Source: Lama glama
Lineage: Eukaryota
Length of the DNA stretch: 64,000 nt
Assembly (NCBI GenBank): GCA_028534125.1
Contig: CM052817.1
Span: forward strand, 62,746,001 to 62,810,000
Direction of reading: 5' to 3'
The translations under genes and the position numbers were made by a program. How positions within the stretch are numbered: the stretch's first letter is position 1; each line of letters opens with the position of its first letter. The notes under the pieces are model-generated. The model ran no database searches. It had not been told where the DNA came from and worked only from the letters and a program-made list of their open reading frames with translations. Positions 37,481-50,689 of the stretch are shown here, one piece after another.

Positions 37481-37693
37481 AGATTTGCAGATACAAACTA
37501 CTACATATAAAATAGATAAACAAGTTTCTACTATATAGCACAGGGAACTATATTCAATATCTTGTAGTAACCTATGATGAAAAAGAATATGAAAATGAAT
37601 ATATGCATGTATATATATGACTGAACTATTATGTTGTACACCAAAAATTGACACAACATTGTAAATTGACTATACTTCAATAAAAAAAAGAAA
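37481..37693 (+). mobile_element. Young camelid-type L1 3' end, 213 bp, with perfect TSD
   Basis: 'tatagcacagggaactatattcaatatcttgtagtaacctat...gactatacttcaataaaaaaa'; 16-bp TSD AAAATCAATGCAGTGG (37465-37480, 37694-37709); TTT/AAAA endonuclease site. Confidence 0.95.
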
Positions 37694-40214
37694 AAAATCA
37701 ATGCAGTGGCCAATAGAAAAATAAAAATGAATATTGAAATATACTTTCACAAAAGTTGCATTTTTTACCTTTAAAATAAAGTTTATTCTTTTCTCACCAT
37801 AAGAGTAAGGGAATTTAAGAGTACCAAATAACATTGTCAACTTTTTATAGAATGTATATAGTTTACTAGTTAGAATCAACAGAGAACATGAAGAAAACCC
37901 AAATTGTTCCATAAGTGTGCTGGGTTCCTCAGTGTTTTTCTCCACTTAAATGATATTGACAGTTGTCCTTATTGAAGAGGAAACACGTATGTGCTTGGAG
38001 CCTCACAGACAACCATTCATCATTCTCTCATGCAAAAGATAGAAGCCCTGTACCAGCACACAAAAATCCAACGGCAGCTACAGTAACAGAAAATCAATAG
38101 ACTGTATTAGAAAACTCAGAGGCTAATCAGAGCCCAATCTCCAGGCGTGATGTACTCCAAGAGAAGCATTGCTTTAGGACATAACTCAATTCTCTGAACA
38201 TCGCAGACTGCAGCTTAATTCAAGCATATGGGGGAAAATGAGGGTCTTTAAAATATACATTTTGTTCATTATTGCCTCCCAAAAGAAGCTTCAGTGCAGT
38301 ACTGTAATGAATAATGATATCATACATTCTTAAAAACTGATGTTAGCTCAGTCATTATGCCCAAATAGAATGAGAGCCCCTGCTGTGTGAAGCAGTGAGA
38401 TGTCATTAGTAAGCAGCATCTTTGCTAAAAGGAGGACGCATATTGTTACTTGTTAAACACACTATTAATATCTGTAAAGGTAAATGGCAATTGGCTCTTT
38501 ACTTTCATAAGCAGCTCATTCTGCTGACATATTTTAACTGATCCTGAACCCTAAGTGAAGACGGAGACTCAAATCAAAATTTATCGTGTGACAAACTTCA
38601 AGTAAGTTGAAATTGACACTGTACAATAAAAATGCATTCAGGTTAAACTATTGAGAAATACCAGGCTCTGAAAACTACCTAAATATTTTGCACTGGTGTA
38701 ATGTTTCCACCCTTGGGAACTCAAAGCACTTTAGCAATTTTTCTAAATTTTTTCTAGAGTAAGTAGAATCCATTCTTGATTCAAGTTTTTTTTTCCCCAT
38801 TGTGAGAGTACAGATTTGATGCAAGAATTGTACCAGCAATATAGGTTCATAATATCGTATCTACCTTCTCTTCTATTCGTATTCATTTTTGACATTTTAA
38901 AGTCATCAAGAAGTCTTCAAAAATAGGTTTTCATTTTTGGATTAATTTATCATATCTCGACATGATTCTGAATTGCATATAACACATTCTTGTTTCAGTA
39001 TTAAAGGGACATTTGTGTTTTAATGAACCTCTGATTTCATCTTAGTTACACTAACAACTTGAATTTAAAGTTGCATAAATATATGTATTTATTATAATAA
39101 ACAAAATGTCAAGGTCAATTTGACTCTAATAATCCTAGCAAAATGAAGTAACAACATGAAAAATGAAGCCCTGCTTGGAGACAAAAGCTAATTAAGAGTT
39201 TTTTAATGCCCCAGAGAGAGAAGTGTACAAAAAGGAGTCATAGCTGGTTTAAGACTGGCAACTCTGTCGGACATGACAGCTCATTCAGCGGTCCCACGCA
39301 GACACCACTGGCATTTGGCTGATAATTATTAGACTTCAGAACACTTCTTGGAAATTGTCCTTGTGTTAGAGCGATTATAAAAGCAGACCTTCTGGAATTA
39401 TCACAGTTTTATATATTAATAAATGCTTTATCAATATGTGTTTATCTCTTTACAACTGAGTTATATCTATTTTGAAAGGTCAAAAGAGTGCTGGAGATTT
39501 AAAGAGTTATTTTTGCAAAATACATATTTTTTTCTTTCAAACACAGTATTAGGAATTTTTCCTAATGCATTACCTCTATGGAATAGTACTAGTGAATAAA
39601 CTCATAAATAAAGTAAGTGAAAGGATCTAATTTTAGCAGAAACTTTTAAAATATTTTACTTTTTTTTTTTACTATTTAGCAACTTTGAGATGTCTTCTTT
39701 TTAAAGGTTTTTGAAGAAATGTTTCAGATATGTTTTTATATATAGTATCCTAACACCATATTCATTTTTAAAAAACTGTATTTAGTAAGTGATTTTTTTA
39801 AGAAGAAAAGACTAACTTGAAACTTCAATGGATAATTTTCTGAATAGATTGTACTATACATTGGAAATGGTTGATTTCATGTTCTTTTCTAAGAGCAAAT
39901 GTGTTTTATTTATTGAGGCAATCCTACCACTCTGTAACCTTGGGTGAGTCACTTCAGTGTGTTCACTGTAGGATCTTAAGACATTTTATTGACTGTTAAC
40001 ATCTTACTAGATAAAAATCTGACAAAATACAACACATTTTTACAAACACATTTATATGCTACAGTATGAAGTTATTTTCTCAAATCTCCCTCCAACACTA
40101 TTCTCTCGTATCACATAAAATTCATGTCTCACAAGTCTTTAGCAAAGACACAGTTTTATAGTATCCCTATTCTAGTTTCTAGAAATCTTCAAATATTCCC
40201 AATATGTTATTGAA

Positions 40215-40730
40215 AAATCTTTTAGATACAAATAATAGAAACCAAATTTGAACATGACAGACAATCTGCTGGCTTATGTAACTGGGGAGACTACAGTCCT
40301 CGAGTCAGGCACTGCTGGATTCATGAAATCAATGGTGTCAAGGCCATTTCCCTCATACTCAAATTCTCTCTTCATATAATTGATAGAAAGCCTGGAAGAA
40401 CCAGACTCATATCCTAACAGCTTACCAGTGTCAATGTGAAAGGGACATTCTATTACAATGAAAAAATGTCCTTGGAAGAACGCTGATTGATCTAATTTGG
40501 TCCCAAATATTTGTTGAGTAAATTAATCCCCTTCTCTTCCCTGTGTCAGGTCCTGCAGCTTAGGGCTGATAAGCTGATATGCTGCACCTGTACAATGGCC
40601 TCAAAACCATGGAGGAGTGATAGGGTCAGTTCAGCTTAAAGACAGACTCCACAAAATTGGATGACTCTGTTTTTAGAACAAAAAAGAGGGTAACATGGAT
40701 GCTGAACATCACAAAACAAGAGATAGCAAA
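40215..40730 (-). mobile_element. Old MaLR LTR (MLT1J/K/L-like)
   Basis: 'ctggcttatgtaactgg...tcaggcactgctggattca', 'ccagactcatatcctaacagctta', 'ctgattgatctaatttggtc', 'atggatgctg'. Confidence 0.65.
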
Positions 40731-41039
40731 ATTCCTTAGGACCTGAAGAACTTACAAGTTGGTATTTCCTCCATTTTCAAGAATCCATGGACCAAAACAT
40801 CCTAATTGACAAGGATTTCATCTACCAAACAGGAGAAGAACTGGTTCCCATTAGGAGAGTCATGAAATGTAAGACATTGAAGTTGATACTCTGTGTAACT
40901 ATAGGACAAATAATCTATCAGGTACACAGCTATTTTTCAGGTTATCATCCAAGTGTGCATACCTGAACACTGTAGTTCTGTTCTTAAAAAATGATAGTTT
41001 TTAAGATTAACTTTAGCACATAATCCCCTATTTATGTAT

Positions 41040-41435
41040 TTTTTTCATTTTTTTACAATTTATCCATTGATGAACCTGGGCTATTTGATACCAAGAATTT
41101 CCCAGTCTGGATTTCGCTGATTTTGTATGCACAATGTAGTTTACAATGTGCCTTTTTCCTTTGCATTTTCAGCACATTGGCAGCTGAGTATAGAGACCTT
41201 ATCGGACTCAAGAGTCACTTCTTTGGCAAGGTTATAAATGGCAGTATGTTCTTTCATCAAGGACAGGGACAGGTAATGTCTGGTTTTCTCTCATTTATAT
41301 TTGAGCTCAAAGACTAGATCCATTAATGCACTGGGACTGCTAGGTGGTGATTTTCTATTTCATCATTTCTTTTCCAGTTACCACTTAGTACATTTTTATA
41401 CAGTTACATTTCCCCACATTTATTAACTGTTTCTC
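41040..41435 (-). mobile_element. L1MC4/L1MC5-like 3' UTR fragment
   Basis: 'tcccagtctggatttcgctgatt', 'agagaccttatcggactcaag...tttggcaag', 'taatgtctggttttctctc'. Confidence 0.65.
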
Positions 41436-41440
41436 TATTA

Positions 41441-41840
41441 TGTAGACAGTCTATATGTTGATTTGAATAGGCTACAGTCACCAGTTACTCAAACACGTAT
41501 CTTGCCATTGCTATGAAGGTATTTTATAGATGTGATTATGATCCATAATCAGTGACTTTAAGTAAAGGAGATTACTCTAGATAATCTGGGGGAGCATAAA
41601 TTAATTACTTGAGCAGCCTTAAAAACAGAACTGAGGCTTCTCTGAAGAAGAAATTCTACTTATGGATAGCAGCTTCAGTTTTTGTGCAAGAGTTCTAGCC
41701 TGCACTTGTTGGTACCCAGCCCTTTGGATTTTAAACCGGCCTTATAAGCCCCACAATTATATGTCAATTCCTTTCCATGAATCTTGTTTTATATACATCT
41801 TTCTGATTCTGTTTCTCTTCTTGAACCCTGACTGATAACT
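41441..41840 (+). mobile_element. MLT2-type (MLT2D-like) 5' LTR of an ERVL provirus
   Basis: 'gtgactttaagtaaaggagattactctagataatctggg', 'aaaacagaactgaggcttctctgaagaagaaattct'; end 'ctgtttctcttcttgaaccctgactgata'; ERVL leader follows immediately. Confidence 0.85.
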
Positions 41841-43597
41841 GATTTCACTAAGAGAGTGGTTCTAGGGGAACAACGTGGTAAGGATGAGTTTTCTAAGCTG
41901 GTTCTGGGTTTTGTTGAATTGCTTCTCTACCTTGCTTAGATTCAAACCCTAATGACTCCACTGTTTCAGTAGCACACAAGGCACTCATAATCAATGGCAT
42001 GATTTGTCAATAGAGATATGCAAAATATCATCTTGAATACTCCTAATCAAATACATATAGAAGAGAATGTTCTACATGACCATGTACTTGACACTTTAGA
42101 ATATCTTAGTGAAACTAAGGAGGAGAATGATCGTTCTGATTGTGCTGAGGAAAGTGAGGAAAGAAAAGGATAATCTCAGGACTTCAAATTCCCAAGTCAA
42201 GCTGAGTATAAATGATCTGAAAGCTTCTATATCTGCCTTGAAAGAAACTTTTATCTCCTATTGCCACAGGGCTGAGATTTCTGAAAACAAAAGTCAGAGT
42301 CTCAGAGTAACAGACAGTTTGAGAGGTGGCTACCAAGGTTTGGGGGTGGGAAAAATGGGAAGATATTGATCAAAGGGTGAAAACTTCCAGTTATAGGATT
42401 AACAAATTCTGGGGCTCTAATATGTGGTGTGATGATTGTAGCTAATAATATTGTATTATAGATTTGAATGTTCCTGACAGAGTAGATCTTAAATGCTCTC
42501 TCCCCAAAAAAGAAATGGTAATTATGCTATGGCATGAAGGTGTTAGCTAATGCTACAGTGATAATCATTTGGCAATATATAAATGAATCAAATCAATGTG
42601 TTGTAGATCTTAAACTTACACAGTTTTATATGTTTATTATATCTCAGTAAAGCTGGAAACAAAAATGTCAGTCTCACTTTGTGAATGGTGGAATTACAGG
42701 GCAAATTGAATTCCCTATCTCCCAGGGTATTTTCTGTTAATGTGAAGGCATTGTTTGGGAAAGAGTGGGATCATGACCATTCAAATGGGGACATACATGC
42801 AGATCACTATGGATCTGGGGAAGACAAATCCCTAAATTCTTCTCTGCCAGCGAAGGTCTTCCTTGCAAGACACTGCTGGTGTTACGTAGGATCTACCCCA
42901 GCCATGTCTCTTTGTTTCTAGACCTACAACCAGACTTGACTGGTACGGACTGGGTCTATACTTAGACTCAATTATTAACAGGTCCCAAAGAGTGAGATAT
43001 AAAGTGTTACCCATGAAAAGGTGCCCTACACATCAAAAGAACTACATGATTACTAAGAAGTCTGGGGAAAATGTGTGGGAATGGGTTTTAAGGGTGTGGG
43101 CAATGGTGGAAAGAACATAAAGTTAGGCCAAGCCACACTTATTGATACAGGTCCACTAAGCAGGGATTCTGGACCCAGTGTTTGATTGAAGATGTCAGAA
43201 AGGGCTCTAATAACTGTTTCGCTTGATTGTCTCATGGACTCTAACATGGCCTATACTAAATGAAGTTAAAATATCAACATTGTCTTGCTAAACTACAGAG
43301 GAAGTTGTCCAAGGGCTTAGAGAGATTGGAATGTTACAATATATTTATTATGATAAGGCCTGCTCGGTCATCCCAGAAGGGCCCTTAGGATCTATCTTTC
43401 ATAATGTGACAACTAAATTTGTGACGGGAGCCCCAGAAACTCTGAAGAGTTCTATGGTCATTATAAATTTATGTAGGTCAGAAATTACAGTGGGGAACAC
43501 TACCATCAAACTGGGATCTCCAAATGCATGAGGATAATGGGATACCAGGATGGCAGGGGCCAAGTGGTGGCCTAAGTTATAAAGACAAGGTGACTAT
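41841..43597 (+). mobile_element. ERVL internal leader and decayed gag
   Basis: ORF 42109 (KVRKEKDNLRTSNSQ..ALKETFISYCHRAEISEN) and ORF 42685 (VELQGKLN..PRVFSVNVKALFGKEWD..NGDI) match ERVL gag. Ends near 'ggcaggggccaagtggtggc' (GQVAA motif). Confidence 0.9.
42305..42665 (+). mobile_element. L1MA9-like 3' terminus inserted in ERVL gag
   Basis: 'tcaaagggtgaaaacttccagttatag', 'agagtagatcttaaatg', 'tatatctcagtaaagctggaaa'; degenerate TSD ending 'agtctca' on both sides (to 42304 and 42676). Confidence 0.9.
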
Positions 43598-44192
43598 AGT
43601 TAGGTAACAATTCTACATGGATATCTGATTTTTCTGTGTGTTGCTGATCTTCAAAGATATTTACAGCAAAGTTAAGATTTTTTCATAAGAAAAACATTTT
43701 TTTTAAGGAAACATTTTAGGATAGTAGATAAAAAGATCTTTCTCTCTCCAGAGGAATGTGAGGGTAAGAAAAATAAATCCTTCCTCAACTCCCTGGAGAC
43801 ATTTATTTACATTCCAAAGTAAAGATAAGGTCTGTCTTTGTCTCTGTTTCTCTGGAAGGCAGGATAGTCAGTTGAGCAACTGCCCTAATAAATTCAGAGT
43901 TTCCCAATTTTTAGTTTTCTCTCTTGTGAGCCAGGTCACTATAAGTACACGTAATATATGTTCCCCACTGTGTCACTCTGTGATGATTGGGATTTGAGTA
44001 ATCAGTGCTAAAATGTTGTTCTAGTTGCTACTTTTGCTATGAGTAAAAAATGTTGTCTCTGATCCAGGGATCTCATATTTTCTTATGTCTTTTGTAAGTG
44101 GGGCTGTGTGTGCATGTGTGTGTACAAATAAAATCAAGCTAATTTGTTAGCTTACAAGCAAGGCAAAAGCTAAGATCCTTCAGTTTCTGACT
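43598..44192 (+). mobile_element. MER89/MER90-like ERV1 LTR
   Basis: 'caattctacatgg', 'tgtctctgatccagggatctc', 'gctaatttgttagcttacaag'; related to the copy at 53750-54113. Confidence 0.7.
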
Positions 44193-45009
44193 AATCATTC
44201 AATACACATGTTAATTTTAGTAAGTGAAAACTATCTTTTTTATAAATATAAAATGAAAAAAGAAAAGCTTTTTCCCTTTTTTTTTTTTTTTTTTTTTTTT
44301 GCTAGTGAAGAGGATTCTTATAGGAATTGTGGGCCACCTTCCTACATAGATAGATCAGAATCTCTGAGGAGTGGAACAAGATGATTATATTCATCAAAAT
44401 AAAGTATTGGTTTATAAAATTTGAGAAACTGGTCTGTTATGTGTTGGTTATTCAATTAAGATGAAACTCCATTATAAAAATAATGTTTCCACTCTATTAT
44501 AAATATAGAAGAGTTCAGAAATTTATAATTAATTGATAATTTTTTGTGCATACAATGTATGCTTAAAAACATAGTGTAACAATATGATATTTGCCTCCAG
44601 TAAATCTCTAGTAGTGATAGAGAGCTATCCCCTATGAATAATGGTGGCTAATGCATCTAAATTTCAAGTTCTGGTGCACATATACAAGGTTTGGAACTTC
44701 AGAAAAATAGTAATCACTATGGGACAGGGAAGAAAAGAAATGTCTTATAAAGCAAAGTGATTTACTGATATTGAAAGATTTTAACATCATTTCCCCCAAA
44801 TTAAATTTTAATTTTTCTCTGTAACCATTTTATAATAATTTTATTAAGAAGTTAATATTCCTCTGGTAGTAGTATCCCACTACACATAGTTATTTCTAAC
44901 TTGAGCCTACACAGATGTGCTAGATTTTATGTGCACTTTAAATATCATATATAAGAATTCAAACAAGTCTGGGCTTGAGCAGAGTCGATTCAGACACTGC
45001 AAGGTGTAG

Positions 45010-45330
45010 ATTCTTCAACTGACTCCCATTATATTTATAATTAAAGCCAGTATCTTTAACAAAATTTGTACAGCATCTGGTTGATTTGGCCCCTACTAAT
45101 TTTCCCAATCTCACCTAATGCAACTAATGCAATTCTTACACTTGCTCATTAAGATTCAGCCATACTGGCCTTCAGATTATTCCAAGAAAATATTAAATTC
45201 TCTCTCATATTAGCATATTCAATCAATTTCTAGAATTAGAAGATGCCACCTTCTCAATAATCTCTATTCTCTATCTCAACATCATATATTATTTCTAAAG
45301 AGCACAACATTATCCATGGTTTATAATTAT
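45010..45330 (+). mobile_element. L2 fragment
   Basis: 'tgatttggcccctacta', 'ttcagccatactggccttc', 'atgccaccttctca'. Confidence 0.7.
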
Positions 45331-45539
45331 ATTTTTTCTTTCTTATACAACTTGAATAAAGGGAAAAGCATTACATATATATACACACACATATATATAT
45401 AAAATATACTGATGAGAGTGTCTAGAGCATAGCTTAGACACAAATTAGAGACCCTCCAAATATAGCAATCATACTTATTAGACACTGTATAACAAAGAAT
45501 AGCACATAACTCCAAAGAAAGGAAGATCTCTACGACGGA

Positions 45540-48500
45540 ACTTTTGCCTCTGGGATGGCCATGTAATGCCTAACACACTCATCATCTCACAAATAAAAAC
45601 TACACACTCTGGTCTGAACAATAAACTCTGGTACAGTGAAAAGACTGGGCATACTATGGAGGGAATTTTAATATGGAAGAATTAAACAGTGTCAAGCAAG
45701 TTTCCTATTTATTGCTTTTAGCCTGAGAGTAAATCATGGTCAGCATTGCTCAGGGCAGCTATAACGCTAATAGAAAATCTATGACCTTCTGGGCCTGAAT
45801 AGCCTTTGGACTGAATATAGGGCAACCACAGACCTGGAAATCGGTTGCAGTGTTCTAGCAATGAGAGGTCCAGAGTTGGACTCTTCATATTCTATGAATA
45901 AATTCTTTACAAATGTCTAGCTGTTCACTGCAGCATGCATGCACAGACTGAAAGAAACTTTGCTTAAGGTGGGGAGAGGGGTTGGGGGAGAAGGATTTGA
46001 ACTGAGTTTTGAGTTGTTGACTATGAGAAAAAGTTTTACTTTGAGTCTAACCAAGTTAGTTGCCTGCTAAAATAAAAACATCAATATCCTTAACAGGAAT
46101 ATAACAGAATTCCTAACCTCCAAAATATAACATTTATAGTATCTGGGAAAATTTTAAATTACATGATATATGAAGAATAAGGAAAATCCACTCATCCTTT
46201 AGGGAGAAAACTATCAATAAATAATAATCCCAAGATATTGGAAATGACAATGACCTAAAAGCAGCTACTATAACTCTGATAAATGAGGTGTAAGAAAATT
46301 TGAACTTAATGAAATAAGCAATGAAAGTTTCAACAATGAATACAAACTATAAAAAGAACCAAGAGACATTAAAGAGCTGAAAAACATTATATCTGAAAAA
46401 AAAACCAATTAAATTGACTTAAAGTTGACTAAGGAAAGAATCAGTGAGTTTGGAAATAGATAAGTAAAAATCATTTGATTTGAAGACCACAGAATAAAAA
46501 AATCATTATAAAAAAAGAACATAAGCTTAAATATTGGCTAGATAATATGAAGGAAAATAGCATGTGTGTAATTGGAAACAAAAAAGAGAGAGAAAAGAAA
46601 TATAATGGGTCAGAACAAAGTTTGAAAAAAATAATGAATGAAAAATTTTTACAATTTGTTGAAAGTTATACATCTGTAAAGGTAAGGAGATCAAAAACCC
46701 CCAAGTTGGGTAAACAATAAGAATAACAAGCCTAGACACATCATAGTAAAGTGACTTAAAACCAACAATAAATAAAAGTCTTGGCAACATCCAGAAAAAA
46801 ATAATGCCTTATATCCAGGGGAACAATGATTCAAATGATAGCAGCCTTCTCAATACAAACCACAGAAGACAGAAAAGACTTGTTTAACAATTTGTAACAC
46901 CAAAAGGGAAAAAAAAATAACCTAGAATTCTAAATCTATTGAAAATATCCTTCAAGAATAATGGCTAAAGATAGTTCAAGATAAAAGTAACTAAGAGAAA
47001 TAACTACCAGTATACTGCACTACGAAAGTGTTAAATGAAGTTCTAAAGTTTACCAAAACTGATAGAAGATAAAACAGAAAGCCTCAATAGCTAAACACAT
47101 GAATACAAGACTTCTGTTGCTTACAACAACTAAAGAAGAGCTGAAATATATAGAGATATATCTACTATGTTCATGAATTTAAAGATTCATTAGTGGTGTC
47201 AATTCTCCACTAATTAATCTATAATTTTATTGCAATCACAATTATAATACTAGGACTTTTTTTTTTAGAAATGTACAATCTAAAAGTGTAAAACATATGG
47301 AAATGAAAACGTTTAGACTCTCCAAAGCAATCTTGAAAAACAAGAACTGAGCTGAATAGCGTACACTACATAACTTTGTACTTACTATAAAGATACAGCA
47401 ATCAAGACTGTGTAATTTACAAAGAGAATAATAGACAAAATAGAGTCCAGAAATTGAGCCCCACTTATATGGTCAGGTGATTTTCATTATAGACACCAAA
47501 GCAATCCTATGAGGGGTGGAGGGTCTGTTTCAACAACTTATGCTGGAATTACAAGAGATTTATATGGAAAATAAGAGGACTTTTATCTGCTACTTCTCAT
47601 TGTACACAAAAATTAAATTAAGATCAACCACAGAACTAAAACTAAAAACTATCTTTATAACATTCTCTAGAGAAAAACATAGAGAATATTTTTCACGTTT
47701 CAAGGATAGACAAAGGTTTCTTGGGTAAAGAAAACTGGCAATTAAAACATTTTACAAAAATCTAATGAATTAGGTTAGTTTTTAAAAAGTCACCAAAAAT
47801 GAAAACTTCCACTTGTCAAAAGACACTGTAAATAATGAAAAGTAAAATCTTTTAATCAAGTTAAAGGAAATATTTGTGAAACATATCCTGGTTTCTAAGG
47901 TATATAAAGAATTTCCAGAACTCAATAATGAAAAGATAAACAACCCAATTAAAAATTGGCAAAAGATTTAAAGACAGTTCATTAAAGAAGATATACAAAT
48001 GACCAATATCCAGGAATAAGTGTTCAGCATTATTAGCCACTGAATAAACTCACATTAAATCACAGTGAAATACTAGTACACATGGATTAGAACGGCAGTA
48101 AGTAAAAGAATTATCACACCAAGCTTTGCTGGGGTATGGAATAACCAGAACTCTCATATGTCATTGGTGAGTAGGTAAAATGCTACATTCTTTTTTGGAA
48201 AATGAGCCAGTATGCCCTTATAAAACTGAATATATGTGTACTATATGACCAGTATTTTCAATGAAATCTATATCCCACAACAAGACTTGTAACGTTACAT
48301 GATATTCTATTATTTTCTATTGTTCTATTTGCTGATGTTGAATGACTTGTATTTTAAATAGTAGCATTATTCCTACTAGCCAGAAACTGCAAAGAATTCA
48401 GGTGTCATTCATAAGGTGAATGGATAAACTGAATGAAGAGTATTCATACACAGGAATAGTATTGAGCATTAAAAATTAATGAATTCCTGAAGTACACAAT

Positions 48501-50322
48501 GACATAAATGACTCTCAAAACCATACTGTCGAAAATGGAACCAAATTAAACTTAAAAACTTTTCACAGAAAAGGAAACCATAAACAAAACAAAAAGACAA
48601 CATACAGAATGAGTGAAAATGTTTGCAAATGACATGACTGACAAGGGATTAATTTCCAAAATATATAAGCAGCTCACACAGCTCAATATCAAACAAACAA
48701 CTCAATCAAAAAATGGGCAAAAGATCTAAATAGACATTTCTCCAAAGAAAACATACAGATGACCAACAGGCACATGAAAAGATGCTCAACATTACTGATT
48801 ATTAGAGAAACATAAATTAAAACTACAATGAGGTATCACCTCACACCCGCCAGATGGCCATCATCAAAAAGTCTACAAATAATAAATTCTAGAGAGAGTA
48901 TGGAGGAAAAGGAACCCTCCTACACTATTGGTGGGAATGCAAACTGTTGCAGCCACTATGGAGATCAGTGTTGAGGTTCCTTAAAAAACTAAAAATAGAG
49001 TTACCATATGATCCAGAAATCCCACTCCTGTACAAATATCTGGATAAAACTAATTTGAAAAGATACATGCACCCATGCTCGTAGCAGCACTTTGTACAGT
49101 AGTCAAGACATGGAAACTACCCAAATGTCCATCAACAGATGACTGGATAAAGAAGATGTGGTGTGTACATGTGTATATGTGTGTGTGTAAGTTTAATTTG
49201 GTTCCATTTTCGACAGTATATATATATATATATACACACACACACATACACACAATGGAATACTACTCAGCCATAAAAACTATGTCATTGGCAGCAGCAA
49301 TGGATGGACCTAGAGATTGTTTTACAAACTGACGTAAGCCAGAAAGAGAAAGAAAAATACCATATGATATCACTTACATGTGGAATCTAAAAAAAAATAA
49401 CACAAAACTTATTTTCAAAACAGAACAAGACTCACAGACATAGAAAACAAACTTATGGTTACTCAGGGGGAAGGAGGGAGGGAGGGATAAATTGAGAGTT
49501 TGGGACTGGCATATACAAACTACTATTTATGGAATAAATAAACAATAAGGTCCTACTATATAGCATAGGGAACAATATTCAATAGCTTGTAGTAATCTGT
49601 AATGAAAAAAAAAATGTGTATAACCGAATCAGTATGCTGTACACCAGAAACTAATGTAACACTGTAAATCTGCTATACTTCAATTTAAAAAATGGGAAAA
49701 AAATGAATCTGAATTAAATTAAATTAAACTAAAAAACACAATGTTGAGAGAAAGAAGCCTTACACAAGCAGTGTCTATTTTATAATTCTATTTAGAAGTT
49801 ATTAGAAAAGGAAAATCTAAACTGTGGTGGATACAGTCAGAACAGTGGTATTGTCAACGGAGAGTAAACAGGAATTGACTATGAAGTGATATTAAGGAAT
49901 TTTCTCCAGTGATCAGAATGATCTGTACCGTGATAAAGAGTTTGAAGCGTATATACTTGTCAAAGCTCAGCTAATATGTAAGGAATACTTGTGTATTTCA
50001 ATGTAGGTAAATTTTATATGCAAGAAAATATTTTATATGCAGGAAAATTTTTAAAAAAATATTTACCTAGTCAACAATATTCATGCTAAAGTGTTCAGGG
50101 AGAAGTATCTAATGTCTGCAATTTAATTTAAGGTACACCCAAAAAAAGATTCTATTTTGCATGAATAGAACCAGAGATATGTTGATAGATACATAATAAA
50201 ATAAGAATAGTAATGTTAATTAAGTTAGAGTCTAGGTGATTAGTATACGGATATTCACTGTAATATCCTTTCAATTTTTCTATATATTTAAAATCTTCTT
50301 AATTTATTTGGGTGGAAAAAAA
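45540..50322 (+). mobile_element. Ancient L1 (L1ME-like) with 5' UTR, decayed ORF1, internally deleted ORF2 and 3' UTR; interrupted by a younger L1
   Basis: ORF1 C-terminal motifs at about 46800-46970 ('ggaacaatgattcaaatgatagcagccttctc', 'cctagaattctaaatc..aaaatatccttcaagaat'). Post-RT ORF2 sequence from about 47130. 3' UTR resumes at about 49735 and ends at about 50322. Confidence 0.85.
48533..49732 (+). mobile_element. Cetartiodactyl/camelid L1, 5'-truncated (1.2 kb), nested in the older L1
   Basis: Low-divergence ORF2 C-terminus ('aatagacatttctccaaagaa', 'gagttaccatatgatccag') and 3' UTR with A-rich tail. Degenerate TSD aaaaccatactgtcga / aaaacacaatgttga. Confidence 0.95.
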
Positions 50323-50369
50323 TCTACTTGGAACTCCCTACTCTTCAGTCAAATACTACAAAAAGCCCA

Positions 50370-50485
50370 AACAAGATGGATTATGAACCTCATGAAGGCA
50401 GGGACTATATCTGTTGTCTTCACCAGATATCTGACATGTAGGTGGTACTCAAAGAGCACAAAAAATATTTCTTGAATAGATAAGT
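50370..50485 (+). mobile_element. L2 3' terminus
   Basis: 'ctcatgaaggcagggactatatctg...aaatatttcttgaatagat'. Confidence 0.75.
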
Positions 50486-50689
50486 TTACATTCCTCTACT
50501 ACTAGATTAATTCTCTATTAGTGTGTTATACTTACTCTGTACTAAGAAACAAAGGGCATATAATACACTGCTCTCTAGGAATCCTTGATGTAACAGATCA
50601 CTGGATAAATACCTAAAATATATGAGATTTAGAAAAAATGTATTTCCCAAGTGAGTACTAGATAATTAAGCTTAACATCATGGTCTTCA

